Shown: one piece after another, positions 16,427 through 26,376 of the stretch
How the letters are laid out: each line of letters starts with the position of its first letter
Position numbering within the stretch: the stretch's first letter is position 1
IMG/VR virus record: IMGVR_UViG_3300034196_000113
Span: 1-59,045 of that record
Source: a virus
Lineage: Duplodnaviria > Caudoviricetes
Direction: 5' to 3' (one strand)
Length of the DNA: 59,045 bases
Program-made: the position numbers and the translations under genes
The notes under the pieces: model-generated
The model's database searches: none
Seen by the model: the letters and a program-made list of their open reading frames with translations, nothing else
Told to the model about the DNA's origin: nothing

Positions 16427-18850
16427 TTAGAACACTTCGATTTCGATGGAAGGAAGTTCGGGGCCTAGGTCTTGGATCCGCCCATCCTTCACCCAGACCG
16501 GTGTGCCGAGCGAGAGGGCGAGCGCTTCGTTCGCGCGCACCCGCAGGGTTCCCCCGCCGATGGGCTGGACGGTGACCGTGCCGTCGCCATGCAGTATAGA
16601 CACCGCGCCCAGCAGCAGCGGGAACTCGGGGAGGATGCGTTTCCATGCGGCCCACTGGTTGGAAGTTTCCTCGCCGATGGTGACCGTTTGCTTGACCGAG
16701 AGCTTGCCGCCGGAGTTGGTGACGGCGATGCCGACCGAGTTGGCGATGCCGCGATGGTCGTCCCCGCCCAGCTCCACCGAGATTAGTTGACCGATTTCGA
16801 CCAATGGGAAGTGCGCGCCGCCCAGCGGAAGCTCGAACGTGCGAACCTGGGGCTGGCGTTCTTGGGCCGCGAGCAACCGGGAGCCGAAGAGTCGGGCCCC
16901 GTCCGTGTGGGTGACGAGCGGGGAGATTCCGGTTTCGGGGATGTGGTGGTCGCCGGCCGTGCCGGAGCGCCAGACGCGCGCGAGCATTCCGCCAACCTCC
17001 TGCCCGTGGACGTAGACGGCATTGGCTTGGGCGGGGAAGCTGGTCGCGAGCGAGAGCACGCGCAACGCCGCATCGGGCACAACCAGATCGGGATCGGTTT
17101 CGTCGTAGTGCCAGGGCAGGACCGGATAGCGCGGCTGCACAACCAGCACCCGCTCGGCCGGCTGCGGGATGACCACGAGCCCCACGCTGAGCGCCGCTTG
17201 ATGGATCGCTTGAATCGGGGATTGGTTTTGCCAGCCGTAGGCGCCGGCCGGGATCAGCCAATCGGGGGTGCCGGGAGCGAACTCCAGGGACCACGGGGAG
17301 CCGAACGGAATGGACTCGGCCATTGCCTGTTGGATGGTGCGGTCGAATGCGGTGGACCCGGACGTGGCTTCTTGGGCGGGGGTGGCCAGCTCGGCGGATA
17401 GTCCGCGGCCCGACACGCGCACGGTGCGCCGGTTGAATGCCCGGTCGTGACCCCATTCCTCCACCACAAGGTGCCAAATTCGGTCGTCGATGCGGGCCTC
17501 GAGGATGACCGGCTCGCCCAACGCCGACGGCATGACGGCCTCGAGCGCATCGGCCCCGCCGATGGACCCGCTCCAGGCATAGGACCAGGAGTCGCAGTCG
17601 AGCGAGATCCCGAGAGAGACCGGTGCAACGGGCAAGCGGTCGCTCAGGCGGACCAGCTCAATGTCGTGGAACACGATATAGCTCCTGCGGCGCGGGATCG
17701 TAAAGGGTTCGCGAAGGCTGAAATCGCACCCGAGAACGCCCAGGTCGAGCCGGGCGCCGGGCGGGAGCGGATAGCCGAGGCAGAGGCGTGCGCTCCAGGT
17801 CGGTTCCCAGGGACCGGGGGGTTCGACTACCGGGAGACGGGCGACGTACAGGATGAGCCCCGCGTCCCTCCAGGTCGGCAGACGGGCGACCAGCAGCGGG
17901 AGGCCTGCGGCAAAGCGAAAGCGCAGCGAGTCCTGGACCCGGCCCGCATCGCGCCATCCGTGCAACGCCCGGCCTGCGCGCCCCGGGTTGATGCGCCGCG
18001 GGTACTCTCCGGGGAAATCGACTGCGTTCCAGGGCGGCGGATAGTCGAGATACCGGAACAGATTGAAATCGTTTGGACCAATCAGGAGCGGCAGGGGCTC
18101 GTCGAAGTGCGGGGACTTGGGCTTCCAGCTCGCCGCCGGGCCGACCCGCTCCCCTCGCCCACCCTGCCAGCGCCCGAGGCGCGCGGCCTGCGCCCGTGCC
18201 GCCCCCGTCCAGCCTACCGGCGCCCGCCCGGCCACCGGCTTGCCGTCTCGCCAGGGCGCCGCCGCGGACCCGGCAGACGCCGGAACGGATCGCCAGCCGG
18301 GGCGTTCGTGCCGCGTTGCAGCCGTCGCGTCTCGCCAGGGCGCGGGAGACGCGCCAACCGCTCCTGGAGCCTCCACGAACCGGATCGCGTGGGCGGCGTC
18401 CGTGGCCAGGGCTTCGCGCCAGGATGCAGGCGAACGCCCGACGGTATCGCTGAGCAGGTTGGGATCGTAGGAGACGGCGACGATGGCCCGCGGGGAGCTG
18501 GTCCGGGCGACCACCTCCACGCGGCGCACGTCGAAGACCTTGCCTGCAAACTGGGGGGCACGGGTCTGGGCGGATATCGCCAGCGGGAGGATCTGCCCGA
18601 CGATGGCCGCGAGGCGCGGTGCACGAGTGCGACCGGAGATCGCCAGCGAGCGGTTGTTGGTGGGCTCTTCCCCGGTCCCTCCGAGGTTCAGTCTGGGATT
18701 GCCGATGGCCCCTTTGAGATCGAGTGCCGCCGAGACTGGCGGTTGTCCGCCTTCCGACTCGGCCTCGAAATAAACCCAGCCTTCCGCTATCTCGTAACCT
18801 GTCGCAAGATCGAAGTCTACGGCATCGAATAGCGGAGAAGAGTACGACAC
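16427..18850 (-). CDS. Tail tip/hub-like structural protein
   Basis: 807 aa in the tail module; PRYPVLPW, NAVYVHG, and an OB-like C-terminus. Confidence 0.7.
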   Translation of the reverse strand: MSYSSPLFDAVDFDLATGYEIAEGWVYFEAESEGGQPPVSAALDLKGAIGNPRLNLGGTGEEPTNNRSLAISGRTRAPRLAAIVGQILPLAISAQTRAPQFAGKVFDVRRVEVVARTSSPRAIVAVSYDPNLLSDTVGRSPASWREALATDAAHAIRFVEAPGAVGASPAPWRDATAATRHERPGWRSVPASAGSAAAPWRDGKPVAGRAPVGWTGAARAQAARLGRWQGGRGERVGPAASWKPKSPHFDEPLPLLIGPNDFNLFRYLDYPPPWNAVDFPGEYPRRINPGRAGRALHGWRDAGRVQDSLRFRFAAGLPLLVARLPTWRDAGLILYVARLPVVEPPGPWEPTWSARLCLGYPLPPGARLDLGVLGCDFSLREPFTIPRRRSYIVFHDIELVRLSDRLPVAPVSLGISLDCDSWSYAWSGSIGGADALEAVMPSALGEPVILEARIDDRIWHLVVEEWGHDRAFNRRTVRVSGRGLSAELATPAQEATSGSTAFDRTIQQAMAESIPFGSPWSLEFAPGTPDWLIPAGAYGWQNQSPIQAIHQAALSVGLVVIPQPAERVLVVQPRYPVLPWHYDETDPDLVVPDAALRVLSLATSFPAQANAVYVHGQEVGGMLARVWRSGTAGDHHIPETGISPLVTHTDGARLFGSRLLAAQERQPQVRTFELPLGGAHFPLVEIGQLISVELGGDDHRGIANSVGIAVTNSGGKLSVKQTVTIGEETSNQWAAWKRILPEFPLLLGAVSILHGDGTVTVQPIGGGTLRVRANEALALSLGTPVWVKDGRIQDLGPELPSIEIEVF

Positions 18851-18856
18851 GCTAAC

Positions 18857-20506
18857 TCATCGGTCGGGGAAGACTACAGCCGGGGGCGTGAAGTTTGCCG
18901 TATACCGGGCTACACCCTTGGTAATTCTTACTTCGTCAATGTTTCCAAAGAATTTATGCGAAGGATTTGTATCGTCTGCCCCGATAACCGCTCTACCGCC
19001 ACCGGGAATACCGATGGCATTCGCATAAGTAACATTTCCTAGAGGAACGCCGTCTTGGTAATAGGTAATAACCGAACCAGAACGCACCCAGGCAACGTGC
19101 GTCCACGTCGTTAATGGGAGTGGAGTCCCGGTCGCCGTTAGCAAATTACCACCACCGATGAACGTAACGGAGGCGCCAGAGCCATCGAATCCAAGCAAGA
19201 ACGGATATCCGCGCGCGGATACCCAATCCCCGAAAACGCACCGATATGAGCTTCCAGGCTTCGCAAAAACGAACGCTTCAAACGTGAAATCTCCAGGGAA
19301 GTAAAAATCAACGCTCGTCCCGGTATAAATACAGCCACCCGTCCCGTTTAAGTCGAGAGACGAGCTTCCTTGCTTCTTAATGCCAGTAACATGCTTTGCA
19401 GTTCCGACAGTCGTAAGGGCGCCTCCTTTTGTAGCCGTAAATACCGCCGAGTCGTTTGCCCCTTCCATATGGCACAACAGAACGACATTGGCGAAGTATG
19501 GATCTGCCCCAGGGTCGGCCTCAAGGAACGCCGCAGTCGGAGGCGTAAAGTTTGCGGTGTAACGTGCAAGTCCTTTGGTGATTCTTATTTCGTCGAGATA
19601 GCCATGGAAGCCTCCCAAAATTTCTCCGTTATACAGGCATCCGCCAATTCGAGACACCGAAGACGATAAACTACCGGAGGTAGTCCCCGTTGCGTCCAAT
19701 ACCCCGTCGAGAAATAACCGGCGCGCAGTCCCTTGGCGGGTCAATGCAAAGTGGTGCCAAGCGTTAAGCGTAACCGTCGTCGCGCCAAGAAGTTCCCCGT
19801 CCCCGTTTCTAAACGCATAAAGTTTGTTGCTATTATCTTCTTTGAAGCCAAGAAGAAAGCGATTGGTGAAATCCGTTGCGGAATCGTATTGGCTATAAAT
19901 GTATCTGCCCCATGCCACGCTCGAAGAGTAACTAATCGGGAAAAACCACCCCTCAATCGTATAATCCTCGGAAGCAATAAGCGAAACCCCTGCACCAATA
20001 GCGTCCCCATCTCCGTCGAAATAAGCGGATGCCGTTCCGAACTTCTTTTGCGCAGTTACCTGTTTAGCATTGCCTGCAACGGCTATCGTTTTTCCTTTAA
20101 CGTCTACGAATGCTGTGGACTGGTCGGCCCCGTCCATATGCAGCAATAACACCACCTTGGCCCAATGCTCATCGTAGGCTATTGCCATCACTTCGACATG
20201 CGGCTCAATCCGCCCATGAACGAGCGGCCTGACCCCATCCCCGTAATCGCAAACGACAAGGTAAGTCTCCCCAGCCTTCATCACCAGCCCAAGGTTATCC
20301 TCGAACTTGTAATAGCCGTTAACTGCACTGGCGATAACCTTCGCCCGAAACTCCAGATCCGCATAGTTGTGAAGCGAAACAACCGCGGCGACTGGTTCTC
20401 CGTTTAACCGGGCAACGCCTTCGATGGTGTAAATGTTGCCCGCGAATCCTCCGAGCCCGACCCAGTTGCCCGTAACCGTATTCCAAACTTGCGGCGAATA
20501 GCTCAT
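18857..20506 (-). CDS. Receptor-binding protein with two LamG/ConA-like domains
   Basis: Duplicated LLxHM(D/E)GA...W.H.A..R.G...DE.RITKG.ARYTANFTPP; lower GC. Confidence 0.8.
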   Translation of the reverse strand: MSYSPQVWNTVTGNWVGLGGFAGNIYTIEGVARLNGEPVAAVVSLHNYADLEFRAKVIASAVNGYYKFEDNLGLVMKAGETYLVVCDYGDGVRPLVHGRIEPHVEVMAIAYDEHWAKVVLLLHMDGADQSTAFVDVKGKTIAVAGNAKQVTAQKKFGTASAYFDGDGDAIGAGVSLIASEDYTIEGWFFPISYSSSVAWGRYIYSQYDSATDFTNRFLLGFKEDNSNKLYAFRNGDGELLGATTVTLNAWHHFALTRQGTARRLFLDGVLDATGTTSGSLSSSVSRIGGCLYNGEILGGFHGYLDEIRITKGLARYTANFTPPTAAFLEADPGADPYFANVVLLCHMEGANDSAVFTATKGGALTTVGTAKHVTGIKKQGSSSLDLNGTGGCIYTGTSVDFYFPGDFTFEAFVFAKPGSSYRCVFGDWVSARGYPFLLGFDGSGASVTFIGGGNLLTATGTPLPLTTWTHVAWVRSGSVITYYQDGVPLGNVTYANAIGIPGGGRAVIGADDTNPSHKFFGNIDEVRITKGVARYTANFTPPAVVFPDR

Positions 20507-21411
20507 ACCGGCATCACTCGCTTACCGATGAGAAGGTCGTTGTATTTATCTTCGGAGTCGAGCAGGAGCACGTTATGTTCTACTGCCGGGACGAACATCG
20601 AATAGCGGCCTTGCACATCGCTTTGTGCAGTGGTAATAAACTCCCCAGCACGAGAAATCGCCTGCACGGTGCGGATTGCTGGATCTCCTTTAGCGTCTCG
20701 GATGCAGTCTATACCGGAACCGGAGTTTGCTATCGTTCCCATCAAACTTCCGGGAACGGGGAAGTTAGCCGTATGCAAAGCCACATCTTGAACAATAAAA
20801 AAATCCTGTAAATAGCCTGCATACCCCCTACCTCCAAAATTTGCATCGCCTGAAATATAAAACGATGTGGAAAGATCAACAATGGTTATGGAACTAGTCA
20901 GTGACGCTACAGACACCCCATCAAGCCATAACGACCATAAATTATTATCCCCCCGAGACACTTCAATATAATGCCAAGCCCCATCTGCCACGTTCCCGGA
21001 AGAAGCGGCGAGCATTGGCACGGAATCGTTATAATCCGACACATACAATTGAAGTCTTCCGTTAGAAGCTCCAGGGTTAAAAAATAGCGCCCAAGCTCCA
21101 GAAGTAAAACTATAAGACGAAGGCTGGGTCATAAGGCAGGTATAATGGGTAGCGGAAGTCGTTTTAACCCATAATCCAATAGTAAATTTTTTGTTGCCTA
21201 ACTTGATGCTCTTCGTGGTAGCCAAATAAGAAGTGCTTCCGTTAAAGTACCCGCTACTGCCGTAAAACTTAGATTGATCCGTTTTTATACTGGCTCCCCC
21301 ATAGCCAATAACCGGGCTCTTAGCGAGAGAGTATTCTTTGAAGACGGTGCCATTGTTCGCCCCATTCATCGGCAATAACAGAACGCATTTATCGTAACTT
21401 GCGATTGCCAT
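20503..21411 (-). CDS. LamG/ConA-like virion protein
   Basis: LLLPMNGANNGT...WHYIEVSR...ALHTANF. Confidence 0.75.
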   Translation of the reverse strand: MAIASYDKCVLLLPMNGANNGTVFKEYSLAKSPVIGYGGASIKTDQSKFYGSSGYFNGSTSYLATTKSIKLGNKKFTIGLWVKTTSATHYTCLMTQPSSYSFTSGAWALFFNPGASNGRLQLYVSDYNDSVPMLAASSGNVADGAWHYIEVSRGDNNLWSLWLDGVSVASLTSSITIVDLSTSFYISGDANFGGRGYAGYLQDFFIVQDVALHTANFPVPGSLMGTIANSGSGIDCIRDAKGDPAIRTVQAISRAGEFITTAQSDVQGRYSMFVPAVEHNVLLLDSEDKYNDLLIGKRVMPV

Positions 21412-21417
21412 CGGCGC

Positions 21418-21816
21418 TTACCCCTCTGCAATAACCTGCGAAGTAATCGCCGCGAGGGCGCCCTGCACGAAGCTGGCGTTTTCCACAATGATCGCCGCCC
21501 CCGACCCGGCCACGCCCACATCTGCATCGGAAACCACGGCACCGACCGAGTCCAGATAGCGGCCCCAGACCGGGCTACCGGCCGCGAGGATCATAGCCGG
21601 AGCCGGGATCGCGCCGGTCCATACCCCGTCCTCTGCAACCCCGCTCGGGTCGGGCAACTCGAATTCGCAGAGTTTGACCTGGGCGCCGACTGCGGTGTCC
21701 GGGGAAGCCGGGCGCGCCGAGGTGTAGAGCCGGAGTTTCCCCCCGTTGAGCCATATGGAATGCTGGACGGCGCGGATCTGGCGCCGGGCGCTGGCAAAAG
21801 CAACGAGATCGCTCAT
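21418..21816 (-). CDS. Virion structural protein
   Basis: GGKLRLYTSARPASPDTA motif; start MSDLV at 21816. Confidence 0.65.
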   Translation of the reverse strand: MSDLVAFASARRQIRAVQHSIWLNGGKLRLYTSARPASPDTAVGAQVKLCEFELPDPSGVAEDGVWTGAIPAPAMILAAGSPVWGRYLDSVGAVVSDADVGVAGSGAAIIVENASFVQGALAAITSQVIAEG

Positions 21817-22163
21817 TCGCCTTCGGCCGGCAGCTCGGCATCGTGCGCCACCATGTTGGCCCAAGCGAAGCTGAACAAGGCGACGAACAGCTCTTGGTAG
21901 GTCAACGTCGGATTGCCCGGCAGCGGCTCGTTGGTTTCCGGGTTCAACAGCGGAAATGACGCGCCCATATCGGCCGGGCGCCGCACAACGAATTCGTCGA
22001 GAAACACGGGGGCTTGCGGTTCGTCGCCAATGAACATCGCTTTTTCGCGGCGTTGCAGCAACGAGAAATTCCCGCCGATGGGATACTCGAAATACATGCT
22101 ACAGGTGCGCACGTAGCTCTTGGCCGGTTGCGCGGCGATGGCTTGCTCGTCGTATTCGGTCAT
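21813..22163 (-). CDS. Hypothetical protein, possibly a tail-fibre chaperone
   Basis: 116 aa directly after the fibre gene. Confidence 0.6.
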   Translation of the reverse strand: MTEYDEQAIAAQPAKSYVRTCSMYFEYPIGGNFSLLQRREKAMFIGDEPQAPVFLDEFVVRRPADMGASFPLLNPETNEPLPGNPTLTYQELFVALFSFAWANMVAHDAELPAEGE

Positions 22164-22180
22164 GATTGAACCTCAGTGAA

Positions 22181-24589
22181 TTACCAGGACGCCAAGGCGG
22201 CGCGTTTCCAGACGTTCGGCGCCACGCAAGTATAGAAAAAATCGGAGTCGAAACAGGTCTCGCCGGTCAGACCAGGTGCGGTCGCACTCGCTGGAGTGCG
22301 CGCCGTATCGGAAAGCCTTAGCTTATTGCTGGACGACTTGATTAACAGCGTACCGTCGGAGGCAACGATAAAGCTCGCATAAAAACCCGTGCTATAGCCT
22401 ATCCGCAGTTGCTCGCTTGTGCTGATAACGTGTAGCTTTGCACTAAGGGTTGTTGTGCCTATCGCTAACGTGCCATTGATATAATTAGATGCTGTACCTG
22501 ACATATACAGGTTCCAGCGATTAGCGGCAGCGGGTATGTTTCCATAGAAACCATAGTTATTAGTTGCTCCAATTAAAGAAGCCTCTACATTATACCCATA
22601 TTGATTCGTTACGGTAGCTGCCGCTCCTATAGTACCTTGAGATGCAAAGAAATGAGTTAAGTTAGTTGTAAATACAACATCTTGAACGCCTAATTGCGAT
22701 CTAACTCCATAGCCTGCTGATATTGCATCAGATTGAACGACACTGTTAATATATATAGCATAGGCAGAAGATGCTCCGTTAATTATTTTATCTATATAAA
22801 GGCGAGCTATAGCCGCAGGAGTAGCACCTATAGTTAGATTACTATTTGTAATAAGACGCAAACCTGAACTACTTAAGATAGTATTACCAGCACTATCTAC
22901 CGTAAAACTCGCATACTTCGTCGCGTCATAGCCTAAGCGTAGTTGTTCGGTAGTAGCTGTTACGTGCAGCTTGGCAGAGATCGTGGTGCTACCGATGCCT
23001 AGCGTTCCTGCCATATAGTTAGGTGCAGTGCCGGCAGCATAGAAGTTCCAGTTATTATTAGGGCCAATAGGAAGTTGGCTTGAAAAACCATAGTTTGTTA
23101 GAGCGCCAACAATGTTAGAAAAGGCAACATATCCTTGTTGACTGGTTACTATAGATCCGACCCCTATTGTACCCTGCGATGCAGCATAGTGTACTAATCC
23201 GGTTAATGTAAAGACATCTGCTACTGTACCCAATGCTGTCCTACACGCATACATAGCCGCAGTTACGTCTGCTTGTACTGTACTAGCTAAATAGACTAAA
23301 TTTATATTAGAAGCGCCAGTAACATTTCTTTGAACGGTTAAAGCCGAATAAGGAGATGCAAAATTAATAGTTCCAATTGTTGCTCTGGCATTAAATACGA
23401 TATTCGACTGCGCGTAACAAGTTAGTTTTCCTTCATTGTCTACCGCAAAACTCGCATACTTATCCGCGTCATACCCTAACCTTAACTGCTCCGTTATCCC
23501 TGTAACCTTCGCTAACCCGGTAAAGTTAGGCGACTCTAGCGGCGCGTAATAGCTCCCCTGCTGCCCGTCCAGCAGGTCGGCATCGAGCCCGGAGTCAGGC
23601 CCGTCGACCCCGAGCAATTTCGACAACACATCCGCCGCGGTGTAGAGCGCGGATTCGAGCTTGGCGGCCAGCGCCGCCGGAAGCGCGGCCATCAGCGCCC
23701 GCTCGGCGGCGGTCAAAATCTTCGCCGTTGCAGTCTCGACCAGGACCGAGACCTCCGCGCCAGGCTGCACGGAAGAGTCGGCCAGGGCGCCCTGCTCCGT
23801 GGTCGCTTTGCCATTGAGGGCGGTCTGTTGAGCCGTCGAGACGGGCTTAGATGCGTCGGCGGTATTGTCGACGCTGGCGAGGCCGACCATCGCTTTGGTA
23901 ATTCCGCCAACGGTCCCGGTGAACGTGGGGCTCGCCAACGGGGCTTTGAGCGCAATCGCTGTTGCTTGCGCAGTGGAGACGGGCTTTCCCGCATCGGTCG
24001 TGTTGTCGACGTTGCTCAGGCCGACCATGGCTTTCGTAATGCCGGCGACGGTCCCAGTGAACGTCGGGCTGGCAATGTTCGCCTTGAGCGCCAACGCCGC
24101 AGGCTGTACCGCAGAGCTGGCTAGGGCGCCCTGGGCAATGCTGGCCTTTAGATCCAACGCGGCCTGTTGGGCGACGGACACGGGCTTTGCGGTATCGGGA
24201 GTGTTGTCGACGCTGGCAAGACCCACCATAGCTTTGGTGATACCGCCAACGGTCCCGGTGAACGTGGGGCTATCGAGGCTCGCCTTGAGATCGAGCGCCT
24301 CCTGCAATCCAGCGACATGACCAAGGGCATGGCCGTGCAATGCCGCGGCCTTTCCGGCGAGTCCTTCAATGAGCCCGACGATATCCTCCAGGGCGTGCAG
24401 ATGCTCCAGAGCGGCCTTTTCCGCCAATGCCGCATCGAGTACGCCCGGCTGTACCGCCGAGTCGGCCAATTCTCCCTGCGCGCCCGTGGCGAATCCCGTC
24501 TCGGGGAAGATCCCAGGGGGGCCTTGCAGGCCGGTGACGACGACAATGCGCGGTCCGCCTACAGAGACGACGACACGATTAACCGACAT
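22181..24589 (-). CDS. Tail fibre protein with internal repeats
   Basis: 3x SPTFTGTV.GITKAMVGL..VDNT.D..KPVS.AQ; GLDADLLDG; 3x EQLR.GY; C-terminal WKRAALASW. Confidence 0.85.
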   Translation of the reverse strand: MSVNRVVVSVGGPRIVVVTGLQGPPGIFPETGFATGAQGELADSAVQPGVLDAALAEKAALEHLHALEDIVGLIEGLAGKAAALHGHALGHVAGLQEALDLKASLDSPTFTGTVGGITKAMVGLASVDNTPDTAKPVSVAQQAALDLKASIAQGALASSAVQPAALALKANIASPTFTGTVAGITKAMVGLSNVDNTTDAGKPVSTAQATAIALKAPLASPTFTGTVGGITKAMVGLASVDNTADASKPVSTAQQTALNGKATTEQGALADSSVQPGAEVSVLVETATAKILTAAERALMAALPAALAAKLESALYTAADVLSKLLGVDGPDSGLDADLLDGQQGSYYAPLESPNFTGLAKVTGITEQLRLGYDADKYASFAVDNEGKLTCYAQSNIVFNARATIGTINFASPYSALTVQRNVTGASNINLVYLASTVQADVTAAMYACRTALGTVADVFTLTGLVHYAASQGTIGVGSIVTSQQGYVAFSNIVGALTNYGFSSQLPIGPNNNWNFYAAGTAPNYMAGTLGIGSTTISAKLHVTATTEQLRLGYDATKYASFTVDSAGNTILSSSGLRLITNSNLTIGATPAAIARLYIDKIINGASSAYAIYINSVVQSDAISAGYGVRSQLGVQDVVFTTNLTHFFASQGTIGAAATVTNQYGYNVEASLIGATNNYGFYGNIPAAANRWNLYMSGTASNYINGTLAIGTTTLSAKLHVISTSEQLRIGYSTGFYASFIVASDGTLLIKSSSNKLRLSDTARTPASATAPGLTGETCFDSDFFYTCVAPNVWKRAALASW

Positions 24590-24941
24590 GAGTCTGGTCC
24601 TTTATGACGTTCAAATAAACCGTCTCGGTCGACATCACGGTGCCGTCGGCGTAGCGCATTTCCAGATCGAAACTATGCAAGCCCACCGGGAACAGCGCCG
24701 TTGCCGCGGCGCTTACGCGCAGATCCACCCTCCCGGCAAGCCCGTCGATTTCGAGTACGCCAGTCTCCGATGGTTCGTCGCCGATATCGAGCAGCAAAGC
24801 GTCGGTGACGAACTCGCGCAATTGCAGCCGGGCACGACAGCCGGAAAGGTCCAACGCGGGACCGGTTTCGGATTCCTGATGCCACCAGAACTGCTGGAGC
24901 CAGGTATCGCCGCGTATGATCGAAATGGCTGGATTTCTCAT
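24579..24941 (-). CDS. Virion protein (BppU N-terminal-like)
   Basis: IIRGDTW...DLSGCRARLQLR...FDLEM; start at 24941. Confidence 0.65.
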   Translation of the reverse strand: MRNPAISIIRGDTWLQQFWWHQESETGPALDLSGCRARLQLREFVTDALLLDIGDEPSETGVLEIDGLAGRVDLRVSAAATALFPVGLHSFDLEMRYADGTVMSTETVYLNVIKDQTHVG

Positions 24942-24943
24942 TA

Positions 24944-25243
24944 CTATGGCATCGGTTCTGGGGTGATGTAGTCTGCAATGGCGGCATTCACTGGTTGTCC
25001 CGTATCGTCGAAAGCGACGACGAAATAGCCTCCTAATTTGTATGCGATACAATCGAACGTATAAGCGCCGTCTGTATTGCTCACAGTCTCGGCAATTAAA
25101 ATCCCGCTACGACGGGAATACAAGCAAACGCGATAAGCGCCGGCTAGACCGAGGCGCGAGACGTGCTCGGAAATTCTGTAACGCCCACTCTCGTTTCCCA
25201 TTGGAAGCAAAACCGAAACGCCTTCGATGAGTACGTGGCTCAT
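24944..25243 (-). CDS. Small virion protein (transthyretin-like beta sandwich)
   Basis: RV.LY.RRSG.LIAET.S..DGAYTF; ATGA overlap with the upstream gene. Confidence 0.65.
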   Translation of the reverse strand: MSHVLIEGVSVLLPMGNESGRYRISEHVSRLGLAGAYRVCLYSRRSGILIAETVSNTDGAYTFDCIAYKLGGYFVVAFDDTGQPVNAAIADYITPEPMP

Positions 25244-26325
25244 TGCCATGGACCCTCGATCTGAATAACGGCCTTCCCTATATATTGGGAATTGCTGTCT
25301 TCGACATACGCGTCTATAAACATCCCGGCCAGTCCGTTTGGCAAGATAATGGTTGACTTGTGCGAAGGTAACACCGATTTGTTTTGGTAAGGTTGAAGTA
25401 TTCCACGCAACCACCCGTAAATTACTCCAGCCTTAAGATATGGTTTTAGAAATACAAGCGTAGAACCTGGAAGAGTCGTTGTTGGCCCTCCAATACCCCA
25501 AAACCCAGTGACAAAAGAGGCTAAACCACTTGCCAAAAATCCAGCAACACCAGAAAAAGACCGAGCACGATAAATTTTCGAGTCAACAGTCCCCAAAACC
25601 GCCTGCACGTCGTTAAACAAATAAGCGTTCCATGTATCCCCTACAATCAGCGACGCATGATCTCCAAAAGAAAACGTAGTCAGACCGAGCCGACCAAAAT
25701 TCCAGTACCTTCCCCAGAAGAGATAAACGGTTTTGTCGTCGGCAACTAGAATCCAGGGAGCCGCAGCACCCGAATTCAAGTTCTTATCCACGACACCTGC
25801 CGAGGCAGCCAGGGTTCCTGAATCTATTCCCGTCATTGCCTCGTACATCGTCGGAGTAAATTGCGTGCTAGTTTCCTCGAAACGGTAATACAAACGTGGA
25901 CCCCCGATACTCGCAGACCGATAAACGCCCTTGGCTGTTCCCGTATAGACCAACTCCCACCCGGCAGGAGCACGTTTGACCGTGATCGTCCCGGTTGCCG
26001 TTTGATCGGAAACCCCTGGCGTTAGAAACGTAAAATGCGTCGAGTCAGGAACCGACGCAACCCGAAAGCGTCCGCTGAGAGCCGCAGGGGTCGCCCCAGT
26101 CACTATTACGACCGGCCCCGTTGTCCCCACCATTGCGAGCCCGTGCCCTCCGCTAACGGTTGCTGTCGCCACACCGGAAGATACAACAAGGCTACCGATA
26201 ACAACCGATCCGAATCCAGTGACTAGACAGGCTGAAATCATAGCCTTTACTGTCTCTGCACCAGAAACAATTGGCGGAGCGCCAGTCATCGTAGAATCGA
26301 AATAGCATACGGTTGTGTCTATCAC
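25240..26325 (-). CDS. Virion structural protein
   Basis: F.STM.GAP...ACLVTGFG...K.APAGW; lower GC C-terminal half. Confidence 0.7.
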   Translation of the reverse strand: MIDTTVCYFDSTMTGAPPIVSGAETVKAMISACLVTGFGSVVIGSLVVSSGVATATVSGGHGLAMVGTTGPVVIVTGATPAALSGRFRVASVPDSTHFTFLTPGVSDQTATGTITVKRAPAGWELVYTGTAKGVYRSASIGGPRLYYRFEETSTQFTPTMYEAMTGIDSGTLAASAGVVDKNLNSGAAAPWILVADDKTVYLFWGRYWNFGRLGLTTFSFGDHASLIVGDTWNAYLFNDVQAVLGTVDSKIYRARSFSGVAGFLASGLASFVTGFWGIGGPTTTLPGSTLVFLKPYLKAGVIYGWLRGILQPYQNKSVLPSHKSTIILPNGLAGMFIDAYVEDSNSQYIGKAVIQIEGPWQ

Positions 26326-26376
26326 GATTGCGCGCCCATAATTTCTAAGTCTATAGCCATATCGGTTACTCGTACC

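Noticed and set aside
18857-24589. Diversity-generating retroelement or invertible tail-fibre cassette
   Set aside because: No reverse transcriptase or invertase, and no adenine-specific TR/VR pair seen; the repeats are in-frame domain duplications
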